Made by a program: the position numbers and the translations under genes. Shown here in pieces: positions 44,195 to 56,666 of a stretch of DNA of 64,000 nucleotides (position 1 is its first letter; every line of letters starts with the position of its first letter). The stretch comes from Hyaloraphidium curvatum SAG 235-1 (taxonomy: Eukaryota > Fungi > Monoblepharomycota): assembly GCA_025558095.1 (NCBI GenBank), contig JAIVFI010000031.1:496001-560000 (forward strand), given 5' to 3'. The notes under the pieces were generated by a model. It saw nothing but the letters and a program-made list of their open reading frames with translations, was not told the DNA's origin and made no database searches.

Positions 44195-47100
44195 CTATGA
44201 AACCATCCTGTGCATCTTGAGCTTTAGCAGGCCGTAGTACACCAACCTCGTGGCCACCGTGATCGCCACTAGCACCCCCAGGTTGACCCCCAGGTTCACG
44301 TCGGCCAGGTCCAGCGTGTTCAGCACCTGCTCCCCCGTGGAGATGATGCAGGTGCCGTTGGGGTAGGCCTGATCGGGGGTGGGGGCGCAGGAGAAGGTGG
44401 CGCCGGTGAACTCGAGGTTGGTGAGGACGGGGATGCCCCAGCGGAGGGGGCTTATGTACTGCGGGTCGAAAGGTCAGGGCCCCGTTGGGCGGGGTTGCGG
44501 GCGCGGAACCCACGTTGATATAGTACAGGAAGGCGGGGATCGACTGCGCGCCGATACCGCTCATCATGATAAACACCGAGTTGATGGCCGAGGCGACGAC
44601 CAGGCCCAGACCGATGTCCTGCGGAGAAAACATCAGATCGGGCGGCGGTTCCCGGTTCCCGCACGCAAGCAACCCACGTCCACGAGGGTGAGGATCGACA
44701 GCCCGATGCTGGTCCCGCAGATGAGGAAGCACGTCGTCACGAGCAGGTTGGCCGCGAACGCCGCGCCGAACCCGATCTGCATCCCCGTCGCCGTGGTCCC
44801 GAGGAGCACCCAGAGCAGCGCGCCGCCGACCATGAAGGGCAGCTGCACGACGAGCTGGGTGAAGGTGAAGGATTCGACGCTTGTGACGCCGTCGGCGTAC
44901 TCCCGCGTGAAGAAGGCACGGTCGGGAGGGTAGTGCGCGGCTGAGCCGAGAAGGCCCATGAAAAGAAGGGAGGGAATGCTGAACGGAAAGTCAGTCTGGT
45001 GGAGAAAGCGCGAGCGTCGGAGACCTTACTTGAATAGCAGGCCCAGAGTCTGCAAGGCGGCAGGTAGGTGAGCGATTGCACAACCACACAGGACCCGAAG
45101 CACCAACGTTCTGCACCGATTCAAAGTTCGCGACACGGATCGAGTTCTGGTAGAAGACGAGGGTGACGAGGGCGAAGCCGCCCGGCATGACGAGAAAGTC
45201 GATCGGTTCGGCGGGTTTCCTGCGGAAGTTGCGCATCGTGCGGGCGTAGAGCACCGGCACGCTCTTGAAGAACGGCGTGCGGTGCTTGATCTCGGCCGTG
45301 TCGACGGCCTTCGCGCTCGCCGGCCCGTCCACCGCCGTTTCGGCAACGGAGCGGGCACCGAACGACTCGGCCGCCGCCACCCGGTACGACTCGACGATCC
45401 CCGCCACGCGGGCGCGGGACTCTGCCTCCGCGGCGTGGTTCCGCAGGTCCACGCTCGATAGGTCGATGACGTAGTCGGCGGGCTGGACGAACTCGGGGAT
45501 GGAGAAGCCGAGGCGTTCGAAAAAGGGGACCATCTCAGTGCGGGGGCCGGCGTAGGCGACCTCGCCGCCGCGGGAGAGCAGGAGCACGTTGTCGAACTGG
45601 TTGAAGGCCTCGGGGCGCGAGGTCTGCTGCGAAGTGAGGATGACTGCGGGCATCGTCGATCATCAGTCACCGACGCCTCGAAGACATTCGCGAGGCGTCA
45701 CCTGTCCTTCCAGTGTCGGCGATCTTGCGCAGCACGGTGATGACGGTCAAGGCTGCGGAGCTGTCCAAGCCCGTAGCCGGTTCGTCGAGGCAGAGCACTG
45801 CGACCTCCTCCTCCAGGATGCCCAGGGCAATGCAGACCCTCCGCTGCTCGCCGCCGCTGATCCCCTTGAGGTTCGCGTCGCCGACGAGGGTATTGGCGCA
45901 ATCCGAGAGGCCGAGAGTGCGGATCACGTTCTCGATGCGCTCGCGGCGCTGCTCCTCCGTCATGTTGTACAGCCGTAACTTGGCCGAGAACATGAGGGTT
46001 TCGCGCACGGTGAGGGTCGGGTAGAGGTTGTCGTTCTCCTTGCGGACGTAGGATGCGTAGCGCACGACGACGCCCGAGCTCGGGTTGCGCACCGTGCCGA
46101 AGCTGACGTTGCCCGTGCGGGCGGTCTTGGTGGACAAGCTCGCGCCAGGCTTGACGTTGCATATCGCGTTGAGCACGCTCGTCTGTGGCGGCTAAGTTAG
46201 AGCCACGAGCGCTTGCGGCGGTCCGTGCAGCCGTACCTTTCCGCTGCCGCCAGAGCCCATAATCACGGTGATCTTGCCGGGCTCGAACGCCATGGTGATG
46301 CTCCGCAGGATCTGCTTGCGCTGCGACTTGAGCGTTATCCCGACCGATTGCACCTCGAGCGCCAGGTTCTCGGCTAGAATGTGGACCTGGTGTTCCTCCG
46401 CCAGCGTGCGGTGGCCGAGGTCCGTGCCGATCTTGACCGCGACCTCCCCGTCGGCTGCAGCACCGTCCTCCCCTTCGAACCGCACCGCGTGCGTCTCGGC
46501 GGCAACGACGCCCGCGGTCACGGGCTCCTTGGTGACAAGCAGCAGGGCGGCGCAGGCGGCCAAAACCCAACCAATGACGGAGGCCGCGCTGAGCCCGATG
46601 AGCGAGGCGAGGTTCGTGTTGGGGTCGAAGCCGAACTGCTGGATGATGATGTCGCCGCTGTATGCCGCGCACTGCGCGTTGCCCGGGGGGTAGGGGCAGT
46701 CCAGCATGCGCCCGCGGTACTGCGAGATGTACATCATCTGGTACGCGTAGTAGGTCGTGACGATGTATCGGGTCCAGGCAATCCAAACGGGCATGGTGGA
46801 GATAACCATATTGAAGCCCATGGCGTAGTTGGGGATCATGGCGAGCGAGTTGGCGGTCACGGACGCCGTGTTGAACTGCCGGGTGAGGGCGACGCACAGG
46901 AAGGCGATGCTCCAGTAGCCGAACACGGTGGAGACCTGCGCGGCAAAGGCCCTGGCACGCAATGTTCATCAGACCACCTGAGGCCCTCGGCAACAGCAAC
47001 GAGAATAACCAACCACCCAAATTGCCCTGCCCGGAGGCCAGCCATGGCGTACACCACACCCGAGTAGATCAACGGGCAGACGACGAAGAACGGAAGATGG

Positions 47101-48828
47101 CACAGCATGCGCGACACGACGTAGCTTCCGACCCCGACCACGCCGTCTACCCGCTCTGCGTCGAAAAGCTGCACGTCCTTGGAGAGAAGGTAGAGGAAGA
47201 GGATCATCTGGCGGGGAGCGGGGTGCATGAGAGCGTCAAACATGCACGAATTCGCGCACACGGCCGCACGAACCATCAGATAGCCCTGCCCCGAAACGCA
47301 AACAAGGATCAGCGTCTGCATCGACCGCACGGATGCGAGGTCGTTGGGCAGCTGGAAGAATATGGCGCCGATGAAGAGTGCAAAGATGGCGGACTCGCCA
47401 AAGATGCCGAACAGGGAGCCCTTGTCTCTCCACGTGTTGCGGTATCCGCGCCGCGTCATGGTGCTCAGCTCGACGAGGAACCTCGCGGCGGGGTTGGAGG
47501 CCGGCACTTGCTGCTCCTGCATGGTGGACTCGCGGTCGGGATGGTCCGATTTGACGTTGGCAGGGATGGCGCCGGCGAGGTCCCGCGCGGCGCGCTCCTT
47601 CCACACCGCGGCGAGCATCTCGAGCCGCTTCTTGCTCGCCTCCTCCGCGGCGGGAGAGCTGTAGTCGACCGACGAGAGGTCCAGGATCCAGTCGGCAATG
47701 TTGGTCTCGGGGTCCATGCGGACGCCGAGGAGGTCCTCGAAGTAGGTCCTGACTTCGGAGGCGGGCTGCGGTGAACGAGATCGGGTCAGAGCGGGCCTAG
47801 GCTTGTTATATGCATTCAGGCTCACCCCAGAGTAGACCAGGTGACCGCCCTTGCAGAGCAGAATCAGGTTGTCGAAGAGTTCAAACGAGCTGTACCGCGG
47901 CTGGTGGACCGAGAGGATCACGGTGCGCCCGTCGTTGGCGATCGTCTTGAGCGTCTGCACGACCGCGGAGGAAGTGAACTGCAGGCAGAACGGTGAGCCT
48001 AAGCCAAATTGAGCGAAAAGCAAACGCTTTGCGCACCGAATCCAGACTGCTCGTGGGCTCGTCGAGCAGGAGGAGAGAAGGCGAGGAGAGCAGCTGGATC
48101 GCGATCGAAACCAGGCGGCGCTCGCCCGACGAGCAGCCGCGGGAGGACGAGCTCGTCGACGAGGGGTTTCCGACCATCGTGTCGGCACACTCCTTCAGGT
48201 TGAGCTCCAAGATCACGTCCTCCACGAGCCTATGCTTCTCCGCCGTCGCCATGCCTGTCGGCAGCCTGAGCTCTGCGTTGTACCGCAGCGTCTCGCGCAC
48301 GGTGAGATACGGCAGCAGCGTATCCTCCTGCCTGACGTAGGCGCAGCGTCCCCCGCGGCCTTTCTTGCGGAGGGGGACCACGTCGACCCCGTTAAACAGG
48401 ATCTGGCCCACAGGCCGGGCGGACCCCGAGAGCCGCGCGGCGATGGCGTTCAGCAGCGTCGTCTTGCCCGCACCGCTCGACCCCATGATCGCGGTGACCT
48501 TGCCCGCGGGTATCGCGGCGCTGACGTTCCGGACGAGGCGCACGGAGTCCCCTGCCGGGGGTGAGGCGGAAGCGGCGCCTGCCTCGAGCTCCACGGCGTC
48601 CGCCGCCCCGGGGCCGGCGGGTTTGGCGGCCTTGGCCTTGCCGTCGAGGCCGAGCTTCTTGGCGATTGCATTCAGCGGGCCCGATTCCCGATCCACGTCC
48701 ACGGAGAGGTCCGCAAGCACGACGGTGGTCGGCGCGACGCGGAACCGCGGCGGGGCGGCCTGGCCCGCGGGCACCGTGGTCGCGGAGGTTTCAGAGGGGC
48801 TGGGCGGCTCGTCCTCGGCAGCGGACAT
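44195..48828 (-). CDS. Full-length ABCG transporter, (NBD-TMD)2, YOL075C-like
   Basis: NBD1: GSSGAGKTT, CSSGERR, LLLLDEPTS, VHQP. NBD2: GSGGSGKTS, ISGGEQRR, LCLDEPAT. Two TMDs (LFDAERVDG, FFTREYADG). Many introns. Confidence 0.9.
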
Positions 48829-49608
48829 GGCCGCGATTCAACAGCGACGGATCGAAACGTTCGAGCGAACAATCGCAGGCGTCACGCGCTGCACAGCCCA
48901 CCGAGTTTCGCCTATATTCTGGGCCGCCCGGTGAAGCAAGGGCCAACTACCTCTGGAGGCTACGAGAGCCCCGCGAAGTAGCTGAATTCAACTCTGCGTA
49001 CTCTTGCATGCCGAACGGGCTCGAAGGGTTCATGAAGCACTTGGAACGCAGTTCCGGCTTCGGCGGCTGATGCTGTTTGCGAGTTATTGCGTACGGCCAT
49101 CGTATCCGCGATTGCCGGATACACGCGGCGAGCGTCAATTACTAATGGATTTGTATCGACAGGCGTTGTACTGCCGACGGGATCAGTGCGCGCCACGAAT
49201 CCGGGCGACCGTCTCCGGTCGCGTGCTGCACATGCCCTCGAGCGCACGGCCACCGAGATTACTCGGAATCTCGGTGGTAGGCAGCACATGACAGGGTATC
49301 CCATTGGTCGAGACGTTGTGCCGTTTTCGAGTCGCTAGTCGCGGCGGTGGGCAGCCAACGACACCGAGGCCCAACTTAGACGCGTGCATGCCAGAGGTTG
49401 GCCAGAAGCAACGGTCTCCCAGTGTGGATCAGCAGGAGCTGGATGGCCTTCTTTCCTCCCGCGTAGCAGAAGTGCGTGCGATCGTGTTCGCTCTGACGGG
49501 CTGCGGGCTCGAGCATCGAACCGTCCTTTCTGGTCCCCTGCCACAGCGGCCCTCTCGCCGTCTGATATCGGACGGAAAGTGCCCAGACACTTTTCTCCCC
49601 TTTTTTGC

Positions 49609-50502
49609 ATGGCATCCCCTGCGCGGACGTGCCTCTGCGGCCTCCCCTTGGGCGAGCCGCGGACCGTCGCCAAGAACGGACCGAACCACGGCCGAAAGTT
49701 CCTCGGCTGCCCGCGCTTCAACACGGACGAGCACGAGGCTCGCTGCAAGTTCTTCGAGTGGGTCGACGGCGCGTCCGGAGCCCCACCTTCGTCGCGCGGC
49801 AGCCAGCCCACCCCCGCCGCGTCCCCCGCGGCCCGCTCCGACCCCGACGCGCCGGTCGCCTCCACCGCCCATAAGTTCTACCGTACTCCGTCGCTTCCTG
49901 TTCCGCAAGAGCCGACGCCGCACCGCACGCTGCCCCAAACCACGCTGCCGTCCTTCGGCGCGCGCCTGGCCGCCCTCTCGCCGCAGTCGCCGACCCCCGC
50001 CGCCGCCGACCCGCCCGCCTCGCCCCTCGCGGACGACGCCTACCTGACCCCGCTGGACGCCGCGCCGCCGTGGACGGGGATACCGCCCCCCGCACCGAAG
50101 AAACGGCCGCGCGAGGTCGACCAGACCCCGGACGTGCGCCCGCGGAGGCTGTTCCCCGAGGCGTTCGCCGACGGCGCGGACGAGGAGCCGTCGAACAACC
50201 CCGTCAGCTCCACAGAGACTAAATGGGCCGACAGGGCCGGTGGGAGGGTCAAGGTGACCAACATTGGGGTACAGACGCCCCGCTCGTTCGCCCGCGCGGG
50301 CATGACCGCCGAGGACGCGGTGGCGGTGATCAGGGCCATGGAGCAGGAAGCGACGCGGAAGGAGCGGCAGCTCAAGGCCGCCAAGAAGCGAATCGACGCC
50401 CTGCTAAAAGACAGAAACGGGGGCGGATCGCTGGCGACAACGCAGACCGACAGCCCGGACCGCGATTTAGCAAAGTGGGACGTGTTCGGCTTCGGAAGCT
50501 GA
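49609..50502 (+). CDS. GRF zinc-finger protein with disordered middle and C-terminal coiled coil
   Basis: CLCG..RTVAKNGPNHGRKFLGC..CKFFEWVD is a GRF finger. Confidence 0.85.
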   Translation: MASPARTCLCGLPLGEPRTVAKNGPNHGRKFLGCPRFNTDEHEARCKFFEWVDGASGAPPSSRGSQPTPAASPAARSDPDAPVASTAHKFYRTPSLPVPQEPTPHRTLPQTTLPSFGARLAALSPQSPTPAAADPPASPLADDAYLTPLDAAPPWTGIPPPAPKKRPREVDQTPDVRPRRLFPEAFADGADEEPSNNPVSSTETKWADRAGGRVKVTNIGVQTPRSFARAGMTAEDAVAVIRAMEQEATRKERQLKAAKKRIDALLKDRNGGGSLATTQTDSPDRDLAKWDVFGFGS

Positions 50503-50621
50503 TGCCATCTACGTTGCACTTGAACGATGTTTTGATTTCCACAACCACTTGGAACGAATGACACTCTTGCTCCCGCGTTGGAACCCTGCCATAGCTGCCT
50601 CCTCCCCTATCCGGTCCGACC

Positions 50622-51828
50622 TCACAGCTTGGCTGCCGCCTTGCCTTCCTCCATATCTTTCCGAACCAACCAACGGTACCCGCCCGGCACTCGGGGGTCG
50701 ACGCTGCGGAGCGGGTTCATGCCATCCACGTTGCCGACTGCAATCCGGTTAGCCAAATGGCAGCGCTCAAGCAACGGATCGACTCACTGTTCGGCGGGTG
50801 AATCGAGCTGCAAACGACAACCACAATATCAAGCAAGCGGTAGTCTGTGGAATCGCGCGGACTCACTATCCTAACAACCCCTGCAGCCTCGGCGGCAGCC
50901 TCGCCGCCTGCGCCGGGCTCAGGCTCCCAAAGTTGTTCTCGATCGTCCGCACGTACGGCTCGCCGTAGTAGGCGATCGTGCCGAGCCGCGGGTTAGCCGA
51001 GTTGTTGGCCCCGCCGGCGTGCCAGACCGTCGAGACGAAGAGCGCGACACTTCCTTTCGGCATCACCAGGCGGACGACCTCGTCCCGCGCGGGGTCGGGA
51101 AACCGGTCGGGACCCCATTTGTGGCTGCCGGGGATCAGGTGCGTCGCGCCGTTTTCCTAAGACGCCGAAGCAACGTCAGGAGGACGGGAGGAAGGGGAGA
51201 CGCGGGTGGGCGCACCAGGGTGAAGGCGTCCAACGCCCAGAAGGCGTTGACCCCCGTGTGCCGCCGCGGTCGGGGAACCATAAACCACCCGTCATCCGTG
51301 TGGTACGCCTGCGCATCCTCTCCAGGCTGTAACTCGATCGCCTGTAGCACCGGGGCCGTCACATCACCCCCCGCGGAACGCATCCCGGCGGCCCGACCCC
51401 ACCTGGCACAGCGACAGTAGGTAGTTCGGATGCAGCATGCAGTCCATGATCTTGATCACCCGCGGGTGTATCAGCAGCCGGTCCATCGCCGAGGTCTTGC
51501 CGACCAGCGCCTGCGTCCGCCTGCTTTTGAGCCCCTCGAACTTGTTCCTCCCCAGCGGCCTGTGCAGCTCCCTTATCGCCGCCGCGACCCCGTCCGCCTC
51601 CTCGGGTGAAATCACGTTCTTCAGAACAACGAAGCCGTCCCGCTCCAGGGCCTCGACGGCGGCCGCGGTCTCGGGGTCCGAGGGGCGCAGCGGGCTCTGC
51701 GAGCCGAAGGCGTCGCGGATGACGGGGTGCAGCGGGTTCAGGGCCGTGCGCTCGGAGGAGGCGTCGAGGGAGGAGCGGATGCGGTCGCGCGTGCGAGCGA
51801 ACTCGGGGGCGTCGGCGTTGGCGGCCAT
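50622..51828 (-). CDS. Phytanoyl-CoA dioxygenase (PhyH) family Fe(II)/2OG dioxygenase, peroxisomal
   Basis: ALERDGFVVL, QAYHTDD (HxD), WALDAFT|ENGATHLIPGSH, WHAGGAN, PRLG. Splicing through a 20-nt exon gives LLGYSIHPPNIGNVDG..AAAKL*. Confidence 0.88.
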
Positions 51829-52091
51829 GGCGGGGCGGCCGGCGGTGCAGCGGGGTAGGGAGAGCGTTTTCGGCACGGTCGGCGCCTCGCAAATCGTCCG
51901 CCTCGGTCGGAAAGGCGCGGTGCGCGAGGGAGACAAGAGGTGTGGGAGGTGGCAAATGCCCCGGCGACGAGCTGAAGGAGATCGAACAACGGAAGAGGAG
52001 TTCGCTGCACGACCATCGGCGAAAACGACGCAGAATCAAGATCAACGAGCCTACGACCATGCTACTAGCCCCAAAATCCGCATCCTGCTCC

Positions 52092-52887
52092 TCAGCCCTC
52101 GACGACGAACCAATCCACTCCCACGACGCCCATCCCCTGCCCCTCTGCCCACCCCCACACGTCCCAGCGGCCCCTTCCGCCGGGTATCGCCTCCTCAGCC
52201 GTCCCTTCGAGCAATACGGCGACGTAGCGGTGCGCGCCGGTGCCCTTGGGGGGGGTCGGAGGCGCCCAGGGGGTCAGTTCGGCCGAGTGGTGCGAGGAGG
52301 AGGAACGGTGCAGGTTCGAGAGGACGAGGTGCCTCCATTGGGGGACGGGGGTGGAAGGAGGGTTGGGGTTGCGGCGCGGGGCATCTGGAAAGACAAGAGG
52401 ATGAGGGCGGAATTTCGAGACTCGGGCAGGCGAGAGTGCTCACCGGGATCGACGAAGGCGAGCGTAAACCGCTTCTGGTCCTCGTCGGGCGAGCCGTAGT
52501 CCGGCTGCGCGAGGGTCCACGAGAAGTGCGGCATGTCGTGGCCATCTTGTTTCGGAGAAGAGATCAGCCAAGGGCCGCGAGACGTCGGGAAGCGGTTGCC
52601 AAGGACGGACCTTCCCGTTGGACGCGGTTGCCGTCGCCCGCATAGTCGCCGTTGGCAAGCTTGATGCTCAGCTTGTACCGCAGGTCGACACGGTCCATGG
52701 CTCCGTACGGAATCACTTCAATCAAGAGGCACTTCAGCCTTCGTCGCTGCCGCGAGCCGGTTCGCCCACCGTCCGGGATGATCCCCGCGGCCTCGAGCTG
52801 CTTTGCCCGGTGCTCCCGGAACCCTTCGCCGCGCACGTTGGAGGCGAGCGACATCGCGATGACGAGGAGGGCGAGGATGGCAGACAT
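52092..52887 (-). CDS. Secreted phosphatidylethanolamine-binding protein (PEBP family)
   Basis: Signal peptide, GIIPD, FTLAFVDP|DAP, QWRHLVLSN and TPWAPPTPPKGTGAHRYV. The last exon is missing from the ORF track. Confidence 0.85.
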
Positions 52888-53171
52888 TGCGGAGCAGAAG
52901 TTGCTGGCGTGTCGGCGGTGAATCATCGCGCGCCGAGCGCGGATTGCCGCGCCGCGGCGGCGGCCCGCGACGTCCCGGAACCGGAAAGCGAGGGCTCAAA
53001 ATTGCTCCGCTCGAACGAGCCTTCCGGCGACTTCACGGCCGTTTTCGATGCGCGCCTTGGGGACCTCTCAGAGGCGCCCCGGCGCCGGCGACCGCGCGGT
53101 GCAACTCTCGCCGGCGCGTCTCCCACGTTCTTCTTTTCGCCGGAACCGTCTCCCACGATCTTGTCGCGTCG

Positions 53172-54035
53172 ATGGCCCCTCAAGTGACTGCGATTCCGCC
53201 GGGCGATGGCCGCTCCGTGCTGATTGTCACGGCGCACGCCGACGATGCGGCTCTCTTTCTGGGAGGCACCGTCGCGATGTGGGCGGTCCGGGGCTGGCGC
53301 GTCGTCCTCGTGCGCGTGACGGACGATCGCTGGGATTCCGTCGGCATCCCGGAGAAGGAGACGATCGAGGCGAACCGTCGCGAGTTTGAGGCGGCGGCCC
53401 GCGTCCTGGGTGTCGCCGAGACGGTGCACCTCGAGTACCCGACCGACACGCTCGGGGACGCGTCCGAGGTGCAGCTGCGGGAGAAGATCATCCGACTAGT
53501 GCGCACCCACCGACCGTACGCGTTGGTCACGTTCGACCCGTACTCGCACTACGGGGAGGACAACTACGATCACAAGCTCGTCGCGGGCGCGACGGACGAG
53601 GCCTTCTGGACGAGCCAGTTCGACAAGCACCACCCGGAGCATCATGAGCAGGGGCTCAAGCCTCATGGCTGCTTCGAACGCTGGTATTTCGGACGGAGGG
53701 TGACGGAGATTACCGACGTGATCGACATTTCGGAAACACTGGACCGCAAAGTCGAGGCGGCGAAATGCCACCGAACCCCTATGCGCAATTTCGTGAACCA
53801 GCTGCGGCTACAGGCCGACACGGGCGGATGGGACGTTCCCCTGTTGGACGAGGCCATGAAGGACGACGAAAAGCTGGACGCGCTGGTCGGGATGCTGTTC
53901 AGGGCCGGCAGCGAAAGAACGGGAGCCAAGTACGAGCTGCCGGCGGCCGAGGAGTTTCGGGTGGTTCGATTTGGAGGGCTACAAGGTCTGCTCGACATGT
54001 TCGGCGTAAAGCGTGCACAACAAGATCGTGTGTAG
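53172..54035 (+). CDS. PIG-L/LmbE-family deacetylase, bacterial type
   Basis: VLIVTAHADD, REFEAAARVLGV, LVTFDPY, NYDH, DISETLDRKVEAAKCH, AEEFR. Intronless, no TM. Confidence 0.85.
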   Translation: MAPQVTAIPPGDGRSVLIVTAHADDAALFLGGTVAMWAVRGWRVVLVRVTDDRWDSVGIPEKETIEANRREFEAAARVLGVAETVHLEYPTDTLGDASEVQLREKIIRLVRTHRPYALVTFDPYSHYGEDNYDHKLVAGATDEAFWTSQFDKHHPEHHEQGLKPHGCFERWYFGRRVTEITDVIDISETLDRKVEAAKCHRTPMRNFVNQLRLQADTGGWDVPLLDEAMKDDEKLDALVGMLFRAGSERTGAKYELPAAEEFRVVRFGGLQGLLDMFGVKRAQQDRV

Positions 54036-54067
54036 CGACGAGAGACATAGATAAACGATTTGGTGAA

Positions 54068-56015
54068 CTAGTAGTGCTCCCACCATCCCTCCCACGGGTG
54101 CGAGATCCTGTACCCGCCGCGCCCGTCGATGACGCCCATGTCGTCTAAGTCCGCCACCAGCTCGGCTGCCTCCGCGGGCGTCGCCGCCGCGCGGTAGTCC
54201 CTGGCCGTGCCCTCCTCGAAATGGCGGTGCTCGAACCACTGGATGCCCCGCAGCAGCGGCATCTTCTTGAAAGTCTCGGGGTTGTACACCTGCCGCCGCC
54301 ACAGGTGCATCAGCTGGCCCCGGTTGGGACCCGTGGCATTGGCGGCGGTGAAGTAGGCGGCCGAGGTCTCGAACACGAAGAGGGGAAGGTTCTCGCGCTC
54401 GGCGAGCTGGTAGATCCCGTGGCCGTTGGTCCCGTAGGTACCCAGCAGGGCATCCGCGAAGCGCGTTGGCGGCGGAACCTCGTTGACGCCCCACGGAAAC
54501 TCGATGCCGTAGAAGTACAGCGAGATCCCGATCCAATCCACGTACTCGCGCCCCGGGAAGTAGGGCGTGTACGGGTTGTCCGTCGGATCCAACACCCCGT
54601 TGCCGTTGGTGTCCAGGAGCGGGTCGTAGGCGAGCGCGTCGCTCCAGTAGACATTGGCGCTGTTGAGCAAGAGGGCGACCGCGGTCTGTTTGGTGCGCCT
54701 CTTTATGGCGAGCGAGGTTGCCCGGAAGAAGGCCGTGTAGTTGGCAGGCTGGTGGCCATACTTATACCCTGGACGGATGTCAGCATGCTCCAGTGGCAGA
54801 GCTGGACAGAAACTCACAGAAGCCGTTCGGCTCGTGCCCGAGGGTAACGACCACGCCGACGCCACGAAGATTGACCTGCCGCATGCACTCAGCCAGGCCC
54901 TCCATCGCATACGGCGTCACCCTCGCCAGCCCCTCGGCGGGATCGCCCGGGCTCGCGGGTTCGTTGGGCATGGCAAAGAGGTTGAAGATCGGCGGATCCG
55001 TGGCGTTCACCTCCAGCAGCTGCGATGCCCACTGGTGGATGAGGTCCGCGCGGGGAAACCCGCGTCCAAAGACAATGTACGAGTTCCAGAGCGTCGGGAC
55101 GACATTGCCGGCCAGCTTCTCGACGTAGCCTTTTGGCGTTTCCTCCATCCAGTCGATTGAGGCGCCGTAGTGGAACTTGCCGGCCCCGGGATCGAACAAC
55201 GTGAGGCCCCTGGGCGGATCCGACGTACAGTTGGCGAGCGGGGAACCCAAAAGCACGACGTCCTTGATGTAAACCTCAGCGTTGGGCGGGAAGCCTTCAA
55301 AGGCGATGTGGGAGAGCCTGGGGTGGTAGTTGTCGTCGCCGTAGATCTTTCCGAGGTCCACGTAGACATTCTCCGTGAAGAGCGTCGACGTGGTCGCCGT
55401 TTCCGAGATGTTCGGGTTGACGCCGACGAATGTCGTCTCGCCGTGACGGACCGGATACCAATAACTTATGCCCGGTGCCGGCGGCGACGTGGAGTTGTCC
55501 GACGAAGCATTGACCGAGGACGGGCAGTTCCCCGTCAAGAAGCTAACGCCGTAGTTGACGTTCCAGGTGGTCGTGATTGTGAAGGCGAGCGCGGAGAAGT
55601 TCCGCATCGGGATTCGGCAGTTGAGTGGCGTCAGGAACCACGCCTTGCCTCCCGCAGTCTTGGGTTCAAGCTTCAACGCCCTCGAGGCGCCCGCAAGGTG
55701 ATAGGTGCCGGCCACGGCGTCGTCCGCGGGCGCCGACGCCAGCCTCATGTCCGAACCGTCGCGGGAATAGACCCACGGCAACCCAAGGCGGTTGGTGACC
55801 TGGGAAGGCGAATCCGATCCCGGCGACGAGGGAGGGGCGTAGTCCGGGAAGCTATCGAGGATGAAGTCGCGGCAAGGCGCGGCGGCCACGAGCGAGAACC
55901 CTGCGGCAGCGAGGGACGCGACCGCGACAGCGGCGAGCGTCACGCGGGCCAGTGTCCGAGCCTTGGCCGACGACAGCGCAGGCTGTGGTCCTCGCCGACC
56001 CCGGCTGGAGCGCAT
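54068..56015 (-). CDS. Secreted GH26-family glycoside hydrolase with N-terminal beta (CBM-like) domain
   Basis: Signal/anchor, acid-base HEPNG, YGHQP, PYTPYFPGREYVDWIGISLY, nucleophile region LFVFETSA. One intron. Confidence 0.8.
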
Positions 56016-56666
56016 CGTGGCCTATAAACGCCGCTATGGGCCCCCGGGACGCTGTCCGGATTTGTCGAGTCTAGTGTGGCTGGTTGACTTCGTTGCCGAC
56101 CCGGAATGGCAAGAAGAGACGATACCTACTCGACAGTTCGCTACGACGCAAAGCGCCAAATTCATCAGATTGCTGCTTTCATTGTTAAGATGCGAGCCCC
56201 GGCACTTGAACCACGATTGTGGGAGAGACTCTAAGGTCTCATCCTCCTGTCTTCGGCTCGGACTCCGCCAGACAAACGCTAGATAAGAGACGGATGGATG
56301 TGCTCCTTGTCGACCTTATGCTTTTCCGAGAGCTTTGCTGGCCGGAAGCTCCTGCTTGCGATCGCTCAATAGCTACGATCTCGGCTGATGCACGGACGGT
56401 CCTGTCCGCTTCGGCGCAAGAATCTGGCCACTCGTGATCCGGGTACCTCGCTCAGAGAGTTCGCTTTCCAGTGCAAGCCGTAGAGATCCCTCTGCGATAT
56501 GAGAAAGGGGTTGGCGGGAGACAGGTTCAATTGAAACAGGAGCCCGTTGCATCTCGTCCGCCTCCTCGCCGCTGTCCCCGGGCAACGCGAGAACTCACGT
56601 CACTCTCCACGCGAAAGAAGCGACGGAACACGTGAAGCCGGACCGCCTGCAGCAACGTGACCAGCG

